The notes below the pieces were generated by a model that was given only the letters and a program-made list of their open reading frames with translations, had not been told where the DNA came from and did not search any database. From Lama glama (taxonomy: Eukaryota), in the NCBI GenBank assembly GCA_028534125.1, contig CM052818.1, positions 48,796,001 to 48,860,000 of the forward strand: a stretch of DNA of 64,000 nucleotides, in the 5' to 3' direction. How positions within the stretch are numbered: position 1 is the first letter of the stretch; every line of letters starts with the position of its first letter. The translations under genes and the position numbers were made by a program. Shown here in pieces: positions 52,032 through 64,000 of this stretch.

Positions 52032-52781
52032 AATACTAATCTGAATATACTTTTAAAGCTTTTAAATATACCTAATATATCATACAAGTTTTTTTTCAGG
52101 TTTGTCTGTTTTTGGCAGTTGCAGAGAGAAGCTTATTCTTGGGAAAAAAAATGGTGCTACACTCCCCGTTCATCCCTGGTCAGTCTAGAAATCCACAGAG
52201 AAGATATCCACGTGGAAATGAGTAGGTACTAAATAAATGAACTAATGAGTGAACGAATGAAATGATGGATTCACCAAGGAGAGTTTTCACAATAGGAGAG
52301 GAGCCAAGCTCACATCCTCAGTGAACGTCAAACTTCCAGGCAAGCCCCACTCAGAGGATAGTCTTGCCCACAAGGGAGAACAAAGGGCAGGCAGAGAAGT
52401 GGGAAGTGGGGTCGGAAAAGGCAAGGTCAGCACTGGGAGTGAAGGAGCAAGTCGAGCCTTGAGAGAGGAAATGGTGATGTGACCGCTTTAAAAGCTGCAG
52501 AGATCAAAGAGGTGGGGACAGGGGACAGGTCCCTGGGTCTGATCGCCGGGAGGGTTATCAGTTGCTGAAAGGACACTTGCAGGAGAGGATGAAAGCCAGG
52601 CTCGAGGGCTGAGGGAGTGGGGCCGAGGCAGGCGAGGGGAGCCTGTCTGCAGAGGGGACGCAGCGCCCGTCAGACGGCAGACTGTTCTCTGAAACGCCTC
52701 TGGGTACTGAGTTATTTCAGACTGCACTCTGGCATTTTAGGCGCATCCTTCTGCAAAATGAAAAAGGCAATTTTTGAGAAG

Positions 52782-52915
52782 CAATATAATGTATTGGAAA
52801 GATCAGTGGACTTGGTCGAGAAGACCTGGGAGTTGGTCCTGGACCTACTGCTTGGCCAGTCAGAAAGCTCTGAGAGGCGGAATGAGCTCATCTGCACAGT
52901 TAAAATGACACGTGT
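52782..52915 (+). mobile_element. MIR fragment
   Basis: gcaatataatgtattggaaagatcagtggacttgg...gaagacctgggagttggtcctgg...ctcatctg...aaaatga. Confidence 0.6.
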
Positions 52916-55900
52916 TCTGCTCCCAGAGGAAACGCAAAGGTTCCGTGGAATGGCTGCAGGATCCCGCTGTGTAGACTAGCAGTTGGTACAGAATCTAAAG
53001 AACCTCATCAAGGTGTGATGCTTTCTGCGGGCGGCGCTCTCAGTACATTTGGTTCTGTTTCCGGGATACGACCACTCTACTGTAGGAAAATCCCTGCGAA
53101 GACGGGACGGAGTGGAGGACGCTCACGGACCAGTCAGGAGCCCCCAGCCCCGGGCGGACCTTGCAGCTGGGCACCTCGTAATTCTTCTAACCAGATGGGT
53201 GGCAGGACCTCTGCCATCTGGTCACTTTACCGTCCACGGGGCCCCCCTCCATCGGTCCTCTGTGTGTGCCCAGCCCATCTTTTTCGCGTGCTCTGTGTGT
53301 GCTGATGCCTCCTTCTGTCCTTCTTTCCTGTCTGCCTTCTTTCAGACCTGCGCTCCTCCCGGGCTCTGAGCAGCGGCCGCACCTCCACACCTGCCTCCCT
53401 CCTGTGTGCGGCCAGCTGTGCTTTCCTCTGCTGTCCCACGGCACCTCGCTTACAGCACGTGGTTCTCGTGTCTCCTGTGTAATTGGTTGTTTACATATTC
53501 CGGGTTCCTGCTACACTGAAAGCTGTTTGAGGGCAAGAACCAAGCTGCATTCATCATCACGACCCCATCACTAATCGTGCCCTACAATTAGCATCTGCAG
53601 GGGGGCTAAACACGTGAATGACTGCCCCTCACGTCCCATCTGTGTCTTCATCTCATCACCCGTGAAAGGGGTGGGCTAGAGAAGGTACCTCCTCAGACCC
53701 CTTCGAGCTCCACCATCTACAGTTTCAGCTTCCCTGTTCCCAGACTCTATTCTTTCCATTACAATCCATGTTCATATATTTTGAGAGAGCAAGCACGTTG
53801 AGTCTAATGGCTATATACATAAAATTGAAGTAGAAAGAGCAGTTTGCTAGACAGATACACACAACATAATCTGAGTGCAAGTGTAAATTGTAAAGACTTC
53901 TCGGAGAGTCTGACTTCTGTCATGAGGATCAGTAAAAATTTCCCTCTATAGTTAGATGTTTCAAAAGTCTTTCTAATACGTATTTATTCACAAACTCAAA
54001 CTCTTTGTGCTTATAAGAATGACAGACCAACAGGTTAAAAAGAAAAAAAAAAAGCCCGGATTGTCAGTGGGTCATGCAGAGTCACACACTGCTTTTATAT
54101 ATATAAAAAAAAGTGTAATTGACCACCTGAAATGTTTTCCCTTTTCTTCTAAATGAATCAGCTCTGACAGAAGTTGGCATCCTACAGTTCAGAAGAGGCA
54201 AGCATCCTCTCTTACGTTTCCTGACGCTGTCTCAGCCCGGCGTGGCGCTCGTGGCTGCACTGTAGCATTAGTTTGCAGTTTCTTGTTACAGTAAAAGTTA
54301 ATGCTGTACTGAGATCCTGCTAAACATTTACACTTCTGTGAGCCATTGAGATGATGCATTATCTTAAGTGCACTACCTCACCGTGTCTGTGAATCAGCAT
54401 CATTAGATCAGGATGAGATCATTTTTAGAGAAAGAGTTAAAAGAAATCTGGGTTCTGGGAATTGATTGGGAAGAGAGAGAGACTCTGCTAATGATACTTA
54501 GCGGTTAAGTTTATTCAAACCTTTGACACAGACAGCTTTGTGTGGCTCTTGCTGGTTCTCTCTGCGTTTCAGTGCGTGGAATTTGCATGATAATTAATGC
54601 AAAGTCATCATCAGATCAAACTTTGGGAATACATGGGGATACATAAAAGTAATGAAGTACCATGTGATACGCAGCTCTCAAAGGAAGGGCCCCGGTTAGC
54701 AGAGCTCCGTGCACTTTTCTCCCAAAGAAACTTCTTCAAGAAGTTAAAAAAAAAAAAAAAAAAGATCTCCAGCATTGTTGAATCCTATGACGATTTGAAT
54801 TTGTGTGTTTGGCATCAGGTGGGTCCCGAAAGGTCTCCCTTGCCTTGGCTCTGCTACAGATGTCCCCTCGCGCGCTGATCTTGGGTAATTTCTCTGCATG
54901 AATCGGCTGTAACTGGGTTTTAGCAATCTCAAGCGTGCAGCTCTCACTTCCCTCCTAACTTTTCTTTTATTGTGAACATACGTTGCCAGAAAAGCCATCA
55001 CTCATGTTGTATTGTATAGTCTTGGCTTCTTGCTAAGAAACTGGAAGTTTGAGGCTGAAATGGATATTTCTGTTGCTGAGGGAGAGGACAGAAGAGCAGT
55101 TATTTCCAGAGCTTACCAACCAGGGAGTGAAAGAGAAATGTTCATATTTAATAGAATTTATGACTACTTACGGGCTTCGAGGTATACTCCTCCAAGTTTC
55201 CTTGGTGATCCCTCCTTAGCTCCTGCTCTTAGCCGACTAGCTACCCCCTCCCTCCCTGTCTTGGCTCGGCAGAGGTTTTAATGGCGTCTTTTCCCGACTG
55301 CTCACCTGTGCTTTTGAACCGGCTTTGCACAGTCAGGTGGGGATACAGACATAGCATGGTTTCCAAGAATGGGATATGTTAGCGATTAAAAGCAGGATGA
55401 TATATTTCACCCTGGTTTAATATTTCCACACATGTAAATTTAACAGTAATTTCATTCATTTCTAGACCTCAAGGCTCTAAGGGATGCTCAAGGCCACTGA
55501 GCCAACTCCAGTGGGATGTGCTTCTCAGGACGTGCCTGGTCGGTGGCGGGTGTGCAGCTCTGCTGGGCATGTCCTGGGGCAGCTCACCACCCCCTCCTGC
55601 AGCCCAGCCCACCTGGGGACAGGATGTATCATAGAGATGTTTTTTTTTCCCCTCATTCATGTTTAAATCTTGGTGTCTGTGATTTCCACTCCTCTGAAGG
55701 GTTACCTGTGAACTCCATCTTCCACTAAGTTTCCTACATGCTGAGCACATTTGTTGATGGATGTGCAAATAACTTGGTATGACTTGAACCGGTGGAGAAA
55801 CTAAATGTACAGAGTGTTGATCACAAGTGGTCTTTGGTCACCTAAAGGTGATACAGTTTTAAGAAGTGGAGATGGTTTTTTGGGGAAGAGAGCAGTCAGT

Positions 55901-56057
55901 GAAAAAAATGCTTGCTGTTTTCAAACACGTATGGGGCTGATATATGCTGGAGTAAGTTGACTTATTCAGTGGGGCTGTGAACGGCAGAACTGTTCAAAAT
56001 GTGGAGGACGAGATAAACGTAGTGACTTTTAAGGTCTTTTGTGGGGTAGCACAGTGA

Positions 56058-56800
56058 GGAGTGGGTACTTAATTTAATAATCCCAGTGCAAAATAAAAGT
56101 GGGGCATTTGTTTAAAAAGACAGAAAAAATTGCAATGAGAGGTACTCATATATACATTTTATTTTCCTTTTTTCTGTTGTCTCTCTCTTGACTTGATGTG
56201 GAGTTATTTGTAATTTAATGTTGTGTTCCCTCTGGAGTGGGAAGCTTGTGGGGCAAGTGCAGACCCTGGGGGTACCCACGTGGAGTACCCAATGACAGCA
56301 GGGAGTCTGCTGGCTCCAGCCCCCTCGCCCATCTGCACCTGCGCTCCACGCCCCCGTGACCCTCCTCACTGGGATGCTTCTGTGCTGGGTCAGGATGGGT
56401 GAGAGGCTGACCTGCCAGGTTGCTTTCCAAAGACACTGGGGCTGCAGCCCAGGGCGGGACAGCCACCATTGAATCCATGCCCAGGCACCCACCTGGGCCC
56501 CCAAAGCAGTGGAGGCTGGGCAGGGCCTGGGAGGAGGCTGGGTTGGGTCCAGTGAGTCAGGGGGACAGATCAGGCAGCCAGGAATGCTTCCTAAAGAAGT
56601 GGCTGGAGGTAGGACACCCCTGGGCTGACACCCCAGGCCCTGGTGAGCACCCTGTTGTGCCAACTGACTTCTCTTTAAAAGCTCAAAGTCACAGATGAAA
56701 TTGTTAAGGATTTCAAGACAGTAAGAGCAGAGCATTAAACCCTGAGCACTGGGTCCTTCTGAGCCCTGGACCGCAGGTCCCCCCAGCAGGAGCGGAAGCT
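56058..56800 (-). mobile_element. MER45-family (hAT-Tip100) element, long form (MER45B/C-like)
   Basis: Left end cccagtgcaaaataaaagtggggcatttgtttaaaaa and right end aaggatttcaagacagtaagagcagagcattaaacc...ccttctgagc match the two halves of MER45A as recalled, separated by about 570 bp. Confidence 0.72.
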
Positions 56801-57284
56801 GGGGGCAGGGGTGGGGGTCGGGAGGTCGGGGGGTTGGGGGTGGGGGGCAGGGGGCGAGCCAGGCTGCTTTTACATGACTGTTTAATTGCACACGCAAGCC
56901 TAGGCTGACACGTCTCCACTTGTACGTCTGTTACTCCTAATGAGGAGTGTGCTGTCGGCCTCACTGTAGTTCTCTGGAGGTAATTCACTTTTATTTATTA
57001 TCCTTGGGCACACTTTCTACATAAAGTCTGTGTATTTCTTGACTTCCCTATAAAAATCAGGAATGATTTCCATTCTTTCTCCGATACTCCATTCCTCTGG
57101 GATTCTTATTAAAGGCATGTTGGAGACCTTCTTCAATTATTGGGAGAACAGGTTGGGAATTGATGCTTCAATTTCTCTAGCATTCATTAAAAAAATGAAA
57201 ACTAGGAGTTTCTCTGTGCTACTTTCTCAGATGAGTTGTTAGTCCTGTCTTCCATTTCACTAATTCTCTTTTTCCAGCCTCAAG

Positions 57285-57824
57285 GATGGATGGGATGGCC
57301 CACTATCACCCCGACCCTTGTGAAATCCTCTCCCCTCTGAGGGTGGGGGTCCCTGTGAAAATGATGTCAGTGGTAAGTTATATGGCTGCAAGGAGAGTCT
57401 CCGAATGGGCCTAATGGAATTGCTTGAATCCTTTAAGAGCCCAGAGTTCCCTCTGGCTGTCAGCAGAAGGGAAGTCAGAGATATTCGAGGCAAGAGAGGG
57501 GCTTGCCATGCCATGACTGGCTGGAGGATGGAGGGGGCTGCACAAGAAGGGAGGCTGGGAGCCTCCACCAGGACAGAGTGGCCCTGGCTGAGAGCCAGCA
57601 GGCAAATCGGACCTCAGACCAATGACGACCAGGAATCGGACTCTGCCAGCAACCTCAGGAGCTTGGATGTGGACTCTCCTCAGACACATTGGCTTTGCCT
57701 TGAAAATACCCAGATCAGAAAACCCAGCTGAGCCCGCCCCACCTTCTGAGGCATAAGTAAAAAGGCATGGTTTTAAGCAGCTGAGTTGGTGGTAACTTGT
57801 TACGCAGCATTAGGAAACTGATAC
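57285..57824 (+). mobile_element. MLT1 (MaLR) solo LTR
   Basis: cagcagaagggaagtcagagatattcgag...gacctcagacc...ggactctgccagcaacct...gttttaagcagctgagttggtggtaacttgttacgcagcattaggaaactgatac. Confidence 0.85.
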
Positions 57825-58810
57825 TCCATCTACATTAAAAAAAAAAAATCTAGGTCTGCATTTTTCTGTGTCAGATTTGTAGTTGGCTTTTTAAATATCA
57901 TGATTTGGTAGCTGGTGGTTTAGATAATCTTGGCATGAAGACTTATTTTGTTTAAGGATATCTTTATCTTTGCAACAAAAACTGAGATTTTATCCTTTTG
58001 AATAACACATCCGTACTTATGTTAAGGGCACAGTCTTCTGTAGAATTAACTCCATCTAGAGCGAATTCCTCTTCTGATCATTTACTTTGTGTATCTCAGC
58101 ATTAAATTACTGCTAACTTGTACCCATAATGTGGTCTGTAGTCATTAGAGTGCGTTTTCATTGTCCTCTGTCTTTGTCCCTTTGTGATTATTATCACCTG
58201 CCTGTAGAGAGCGCTCCCACCACCTCCACCTGGCCTCTGCCTTCCAGTCCAGAACCACGTCTTAACAAGTGTTCAGGGACTCTGTCTCAGATTGCTGTCT
58301 GGGACATATTTCCTTGTCAAAGACTGTCAGGTGTCGTCTCCCTCGCTAAATACATTTTTTAAAGCCATCGCAGAAAGTGGAATCGACAATCATTGCTGAT
58401 TTTCAGGCTCCTTTAAAATAAGGAAAGATGCCACCTGTATCTGGCACCAAGGGGTGAGACTGGAGGGCACCTGACTCCTTTTACACCCAGGTGGCTTTCC
58501 GTTTCCCACCCTAGAGGAGATCCTGCTCTGCTCTGTTTCCCTGTTGAATTCTGCATCCCTCAGAGCCGTGTCTGAGTGTCAGGCATTGTCCCTGCTGTTC
58601 TCTGCGGCTGTTTTACCCACCAAAGCGCCTTGAGCAGAGGGGCTGGTCAGGAGGTGAACCGTGCTGCCATCTTAGTGAGAAGCTGTATTATTTCATCTTT
58701 CCCACTTCAGTTTTCTCCCCTCCAACACACCGGCGATGCTGTCTGCCCTGCTGACGTTGGAAGTTTGTCGAGAGAGTCAAGTGGGACAAGGTATCTGAAA
58801 TGTTTCAAAA

Positions 58811-58972
58811 ACAGCACAGGGAAATATACACAAGATCTCATGGTAGCTCACAGAGAAAAAAATGTGACAATGAATATACGTATGTTCATGTATAACTGAA
58901 AAACTGTGCTCTACACTGGAATTTGACATAACATTGTAAGATGATTATACATCAAAAAATGTTTTAAAAAAA
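58811..58972 (+). mobile_element. Short LINE-1 3' end (distinct, probably younger subfamily)
   Basis: agcacagggaaatatacacaagatctcatggtagctcac...ataactgaaaaactgtgctctacactggaatttgaca...aaaaaa. Confidence 0.85.
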
Positions 58973-61149
58973 GAGATACAAATTAAAAAGTAATAAAGGG
59001 TTGAGAAGGCTAAATTTTAACAGGAAATATTGGTATGAATTCATGATTTATATGTATGTAGATATCTTCTTTCTTTTTTTGAGACAAATGGCTTATTTAG
59101 TAACAAGGGGTAAAATTCCTCTTCTGTCTTCAAAAAAAAAAGTACACTTAATAGAAACATTAAACTGTCACATTGGAAGTCCCATGTGGTAATTTTTATC
59201 CATCACCAAAGGCTGAACATGTTGTCCCATGGAAGGACACTTAATGCTTTAATGTCTTTTACTTTGGAAGATTCAAATGGGACAGAGGGGTCGAGGCAGT
59301 TAACACGGACTTAATGACAATTCAAGGTCTCAGTCTACATGGTTTGTGCTCTTTGACACTTGTCAAAAGGCAGGATTTTGAGAGCAGTTACCAATCTCAT
59401 GTACTGTCTAGGTTTTTGGTTCGAATCTGTGAAATATCCCTTGAACATTCAGAGTCTATTCAGACCAGTTGGGAAATGGTTTTAGATCATTTTCAGTGGA
59501 GAATTACATGAAAGAGCGTGTTTACTGCTGATGTGGCTTTGCAACTGGAAAAGAAAAAATAGAAAAAGAAAAGAAGAGAACTCTCGCGGTATATGCTGGA
59601 TACAAATAGACTTGTTTCCAGACAACCAAGTGGTAGGTTTTTATTAAAAGGGACCAGATGCTTTTAGGCAGTGGATGGATCTATTCTGTTTCATTTTTTT
59701 ATCCAAATAATCCAGAGCCTTGACTACGTAATGTTGCCAGGTGGACCTGACCGACTGCTCTTTATGTTCAGAAACCTTAAAGTTGGCTGGGGGAGAGGGG
59801 GTCGTGTCTCAGAAAAGCACTCTGTAGGAGTAAGGTCACCCTGGCCAGGAGAATCCAGGACACTGAAATCAGGCAGGTCCCAAAGGGAGGAACGGGTGCT
59901 TCTTTCAATAATGGTACAAGGGGCTCACAGCCCTCAGGCAGGCACATCATGCAGAGAATGTGGCCACGTGTGAAGGCTCCCGGGGAGGGGAGGGTGCTGG
60001 AGGTTAGAAATGGTAGAACATGGGTTCATACTAAAGGACAGAGAGGATCTAGAAATGTGGAGGCTTCGAAATACTGTCAGCTTTTGGGGAGCCATCTGAC
60101 ACTTAAAACAAGGCAGCTGATTCTACTGAAAGGGACAATGTGAGAAAGAGAACAGGGCCGGTCACAGACACCTGCCAGCGTGCCTTCTTCCCTCTCACTC
60201 CCCACGACTCCGCCCCGACAGCACTCAGACACTGGCTGACCACTGCTCGCTTAACGATGACTTGTCTTCTCGCCCTAAATGCCAGGAGGGGCTGGACCAC
60301 GGCCCTGTTGCTCTGCATTTAGCGACCTACCCATGCCCGTGTGCGGCTGCCTGAGCGTTTGAAAGGTGCTGAAGCCATGGTCTCTAACGTGATCCCAGTC
60401 AAACAGCACACATGAGGCAAGCGTGTTATTCATGGGACTGATGGCAAGAGAGTCCTTGTAAGACACACACGAAAAGACAATTTTAACTGAAGATCTATGA
60501 TTCTTCAATACGTTTATTCTTAAATACATTTAATAACCAGGACGTTGATTTTTAATGGTTTATCTCATAGCAGTTACTTTAGTGCTTTCTCCTCGTGTGG
60601 CAGTGATCCGTTTCCTGGGCTCCTGAGCAGCGTGGGCCCCTGAAGGCCGGTGTCGGACGCTGGCCTGCGTCCGCAGCAGGTGGCTGAGGCGGCAGGTGCG
60701 CACTGGCTGCACCAGGTCCAGGAGGTGCACATTACATCTGCCTGGACTGCGTGTTGCCACCGATCACGGAATCTACCAAACCAGCTGCACAGACAGAGCC
60801 AGGACGCCTGCCATGCAGATTCTGGGCAGACGACCAGGTCTTCCTCCCGCGTGGATCACCTGATCGCTTTCCTAGTGGTACTGATCTATGACTTTTTTAA
60901 CAAGCTGATGTTTCATAGTTCAAAGCTGGTTTCAATTCACCTCACAGAAAAGTGCCAAGAATGGCACGCAGACATCCGCTGACCGCCCAGTGTCCTGCAG
61001 CCACTGGTTGGAGGTGGCTGCTGCCCTGAGCAGCGACTTTTCATTACATGGAAGGTTACGGCACTTGTCATGTATAACTGTTACGGAGCATTCAGAGTAG
61101 CAAGTCAAATGCAAACAATCTCAGTTAAAATTTCAGACGATGTGTGTCT

Positions 61150-61430
61150 ACATATAATATGTGTGCACATATATAAAATGTGTGCATATATAATATGTCT
61201 AATGTATAATATAATCACATAATATCTAATATATACTATAGTTATATATTATATAACACAGTTATATTATATCTTTATAATTATATAATACTTAATGTGT
61301 TCATGTTATTTATCATTATATTTGATAATATAATTATATATGACATAAATATAATTTATTATGTACACACATTTTTTGTATTATATATGTACATGCATTG
61401 CATACACACACATGCACAGACATACACAGA
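61150..61430. repeat. AT-rich low-complexity tract
   Basis: Degenerate TA/TATAAT repeats. Confidence 0.85.
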
Positions 61431-61654
61431 TCTGAAATTTAAACTGATATCTTTTGCATTTTTAACTTGTGATTTTTTTTCCAGTGATTTAAAACATACT
61501 CCATAGGTTTTAAATCATTAAAACCTATTTTGTAACCTATACTTGATGATTGCATCCAACCTTTGTCATGGGGCCTGAGGGACACCGTTTTGAAAGTTGG
61601 AGCAGGTCCTTGGGTCCAGTGGTCAAAGTTGGAGTGAAAGAACCAAGTCTTATC

Positions 61655-62095
61655 CGGGCGGCGTGGCCGGCAGGCTTCCCGCTGCCTGGGAGTCGGCAGG
61701 CCCCTGGGTGCGGGGAGCGGAGGGGGTGGCTGGGATGGGGAGGCCACCGCTCTGTGCCCACAGGCGTGCGACCACGCAGGCACACGTGCAGGACGGAGTG
61801 GGAGCCCGCGGGAGGGAGACCGGCCGGGATTGGCAAGAATGGGCTGTTTTTCTTTGGGTTGGAAGCTGCTGAAAAGTCGTGTTTTCTCCATGAGAGCGGG
61901 CCTACGACGGAGCTGGGCGAGCTTGGTGACACCGCGGGAAGGGGAGGGTGTTTGTTGCCAGAGACCCCGGAGGGGCCGCCTCGCGGAGGAGAGGCCGCCT
62001 CGCCTCCGCCTCCGGAAGGCAGGAGGCCCACCGTCGAGTCTGGAAGGCAGCCTGCGGTGTGGAAGGAACACGGAACTGTGGCCACACAGCCCCGT
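61655..62095. promoter_or_regulatory. CpG-rich patch
   Basis: High GC/CpG directly next to the AT-rich tract; overlapped by several long low-complexity ORFs. Confidence 0.45.
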
Positions 62096-64000
62096 CCCAA
62101 GTTCACCAGAATTCATTCTATGAGGCATTCGTTTTTTAGGCACCTGATGGCTTTGCCTCGGTTCCTTCATCTGTCAAGTGGCCTTAAAAAGTCCTTTCTT
62201 GACCTATTCTGCTGGGCTGCCTGGAAGAAGAAAAAAGAAGAAGATATTTGAAAAAATGTTTTAAAAATTGTTTTTTAAAAAAGTGACCTCTGCCGCTTCC
62301 TGTGTTTCTCTGTGCCTATTTCTACCCCTTGTGTTTGAAGGTCTGTATGGCAGGGGGTCCCCAGGGTGTCCAGGCCAGCGCCAGGCACAGAAGACACGCC
62401 CAGGTCAGCACCTGCTAAGCGGCAGGTGAGCAGGACCATCACAAGTCTCCTAGGCGTTCCCGTGCCCGCCTCAAGGTTGCTCCTTAACCTCTTTCAAGTA
62501 CATAGACGGCCTTCTCCTGAGAAAGTCTGAGGATTCAGGCTTTTTTGGGAAAGAACTTGCAGGAGGGAATGAATGTTACCATTTCAATCCCATGTGTCCT
62601 GAATTTGTCATTTCCGAGGCCCCTCACTTCTGGCTTTTGCCAATTTCCAGTAGATGACTGTTGCGTTGCATTTGGGCCGAGCTCAAGACAAAATACTGTT
62701 CTAAGCTGACTAAGCTGACTGTTTTAAAAAGTATTTGCAAAACAGGTAGCTGAAGGAAGAATATTGTCATAAAAAGTTAGGAATCTTGTCATGACCCCAA
62801 AGAAGACAAATGCAAACGAATTTCCAAACGAGAATTTTCTCCAGCTGTTTTTCTATCCGCATTTGCCTGATACTTAGATGTGATCAGCTGTCTTGGCAGA
62901 GCAAGATGTGGAAATTTTAATTCAGTCCAACTTTGCCCACATTTGGGAAGCAATCTGCAAATTTCTTTATCTTTAAAATCCCGAATGTGATTTCCGTGAA
63001 TCTATGTTATGTACTATCTTCTCCATAAAAACAGGTTTAAGAGCAAGGAACCTCTGTGCATTTGTTTATCCCCTCACAAACATATTTTGCTTCAACTAAA
63101 AGAAGCACCTCATTGCGCCCTCTCTTTCCTGCACCCAGGGTACAGCTGTCCTTTCCACAGTGAGGTCAGGAAGCTTAGATGAACTGGGTTCTTGCCTGGG
63201 TTCCCGTGGCTCTCTGTAACTGCAATGCCAACAAAAGGGCGGGATGGCCTTTCCGGTTAGTGCTTGGAAATATTAGGCTGTGTTCCTGAATCCAAGGTTT
63301 TAAATGAACTCCGGCTCCATCGTGTCCAGATCCAGGCCGGGGTTTGCCAGGTGCCAGGTCCCTGCAGGAGGTGCCAGGGCACAAAGTCCGGTGCCCTGGC
63401 TCCTGGGGGAGGCTTTGGTGGGGGTTGGAAGCTCTGATGGTGTCCTGCAGGCTTCACTGGGGCCTCCATGCCTGTCACGGGACGATGGCAGGGAGAGCTG
63501 TCTTTTCAGCCCAGCTCTGGAAAGATCTTAAAGCAAATTAAAAAAAAAAAATCATTAGGGGCTTGTGGTTAAGTGTCGCACTCAGGGACTTCTGGCTGCG
63601 AAGGCTGTTTGAGAAGAAATAAGGAATGGTGGTGTTTCCAGGGCCCCTCCCCTCCTGTGGACACAGGCATGCAGCTCAGCTCACAACTTCCTCAAAGGCG
63701 TCTCCGTCCAAGACGCGGTATTTTGTTTTTGTTGTTGGAATCTTAATGTCTTTGCTTGGCAGCATTCTCTATCCCCCTCTGACTCCGTTGCATGAATGCC
63801 GGAGATTCAACATGTGAGATTTTCTTTCTTTTTCTAAGGAGGGGGCAGATTTGCTTTTATTTCTTATGACTTTACCTAAAAAATCATACTATGCAGAAAA
63901 CATTATTTTAAGTGTTCTTAACCACACACACTGCAACTTGTAGAAATAGTCTCCCATACCTGCTGACACTGATCTCCTGGGGGAACTGGCCGTTCATCAC

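Noticed and set aside
56112..56897. 261-aa minus-strand ORF
   Set aside because: Lies across a non-autonomous MER45 element and a G-tract; not transposase-like.
1..64000. CRISPR arrays, operons, prokaryotic or viral systems, intact ERV or transposase genes
   Set aside because: No regularly spaced repeats or gene-dense coding structure; the sequence is mammalian non-coding DNA with decayed repeats.

Overview
Mammalian, non-coding, GC/CpG-rich genomic DNA (intergenic or deep intronic). It is most likely from a camelid, inferred from a tRNA-derived SINE at 41354 and cetartiodactyl/camelid-type L1 3' ends, recognised from memory rather than by a database search. I can support no host protein-coding exon. 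The only protein-like text in the ORF track is LINE-1 ORF2 debris (995..1366, 19231..19458); the other ORFs look like chance ORFs of GC-rich DNA. The window holds an ancient ~4.5 kb L1 remnant, at least seven younger L1 3' fragments of three apparent subfamilies, a SINE with TSDs, solo LTRs (ERV1/MER41-like, LTR16, MLT1), hAT MITEs (MER5 cluster, MER58A, MER45), MIR/L2 relics, microsatellites, CpG-rich patches and enhancer-like motif clusters. Three observations stand out: three independent 5'-inverted (twin-primed) L1 insertions, two with readable TSDs and one nested in an older L1; a repeated A/T->G/C substitution skew in old repeats suggestive of GC-biased gene conversion; and a few candidate enhancers and non-coding exons. 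I found no evidence of a novel biological system. Repeat family names and diffuse boundaries are approximate.
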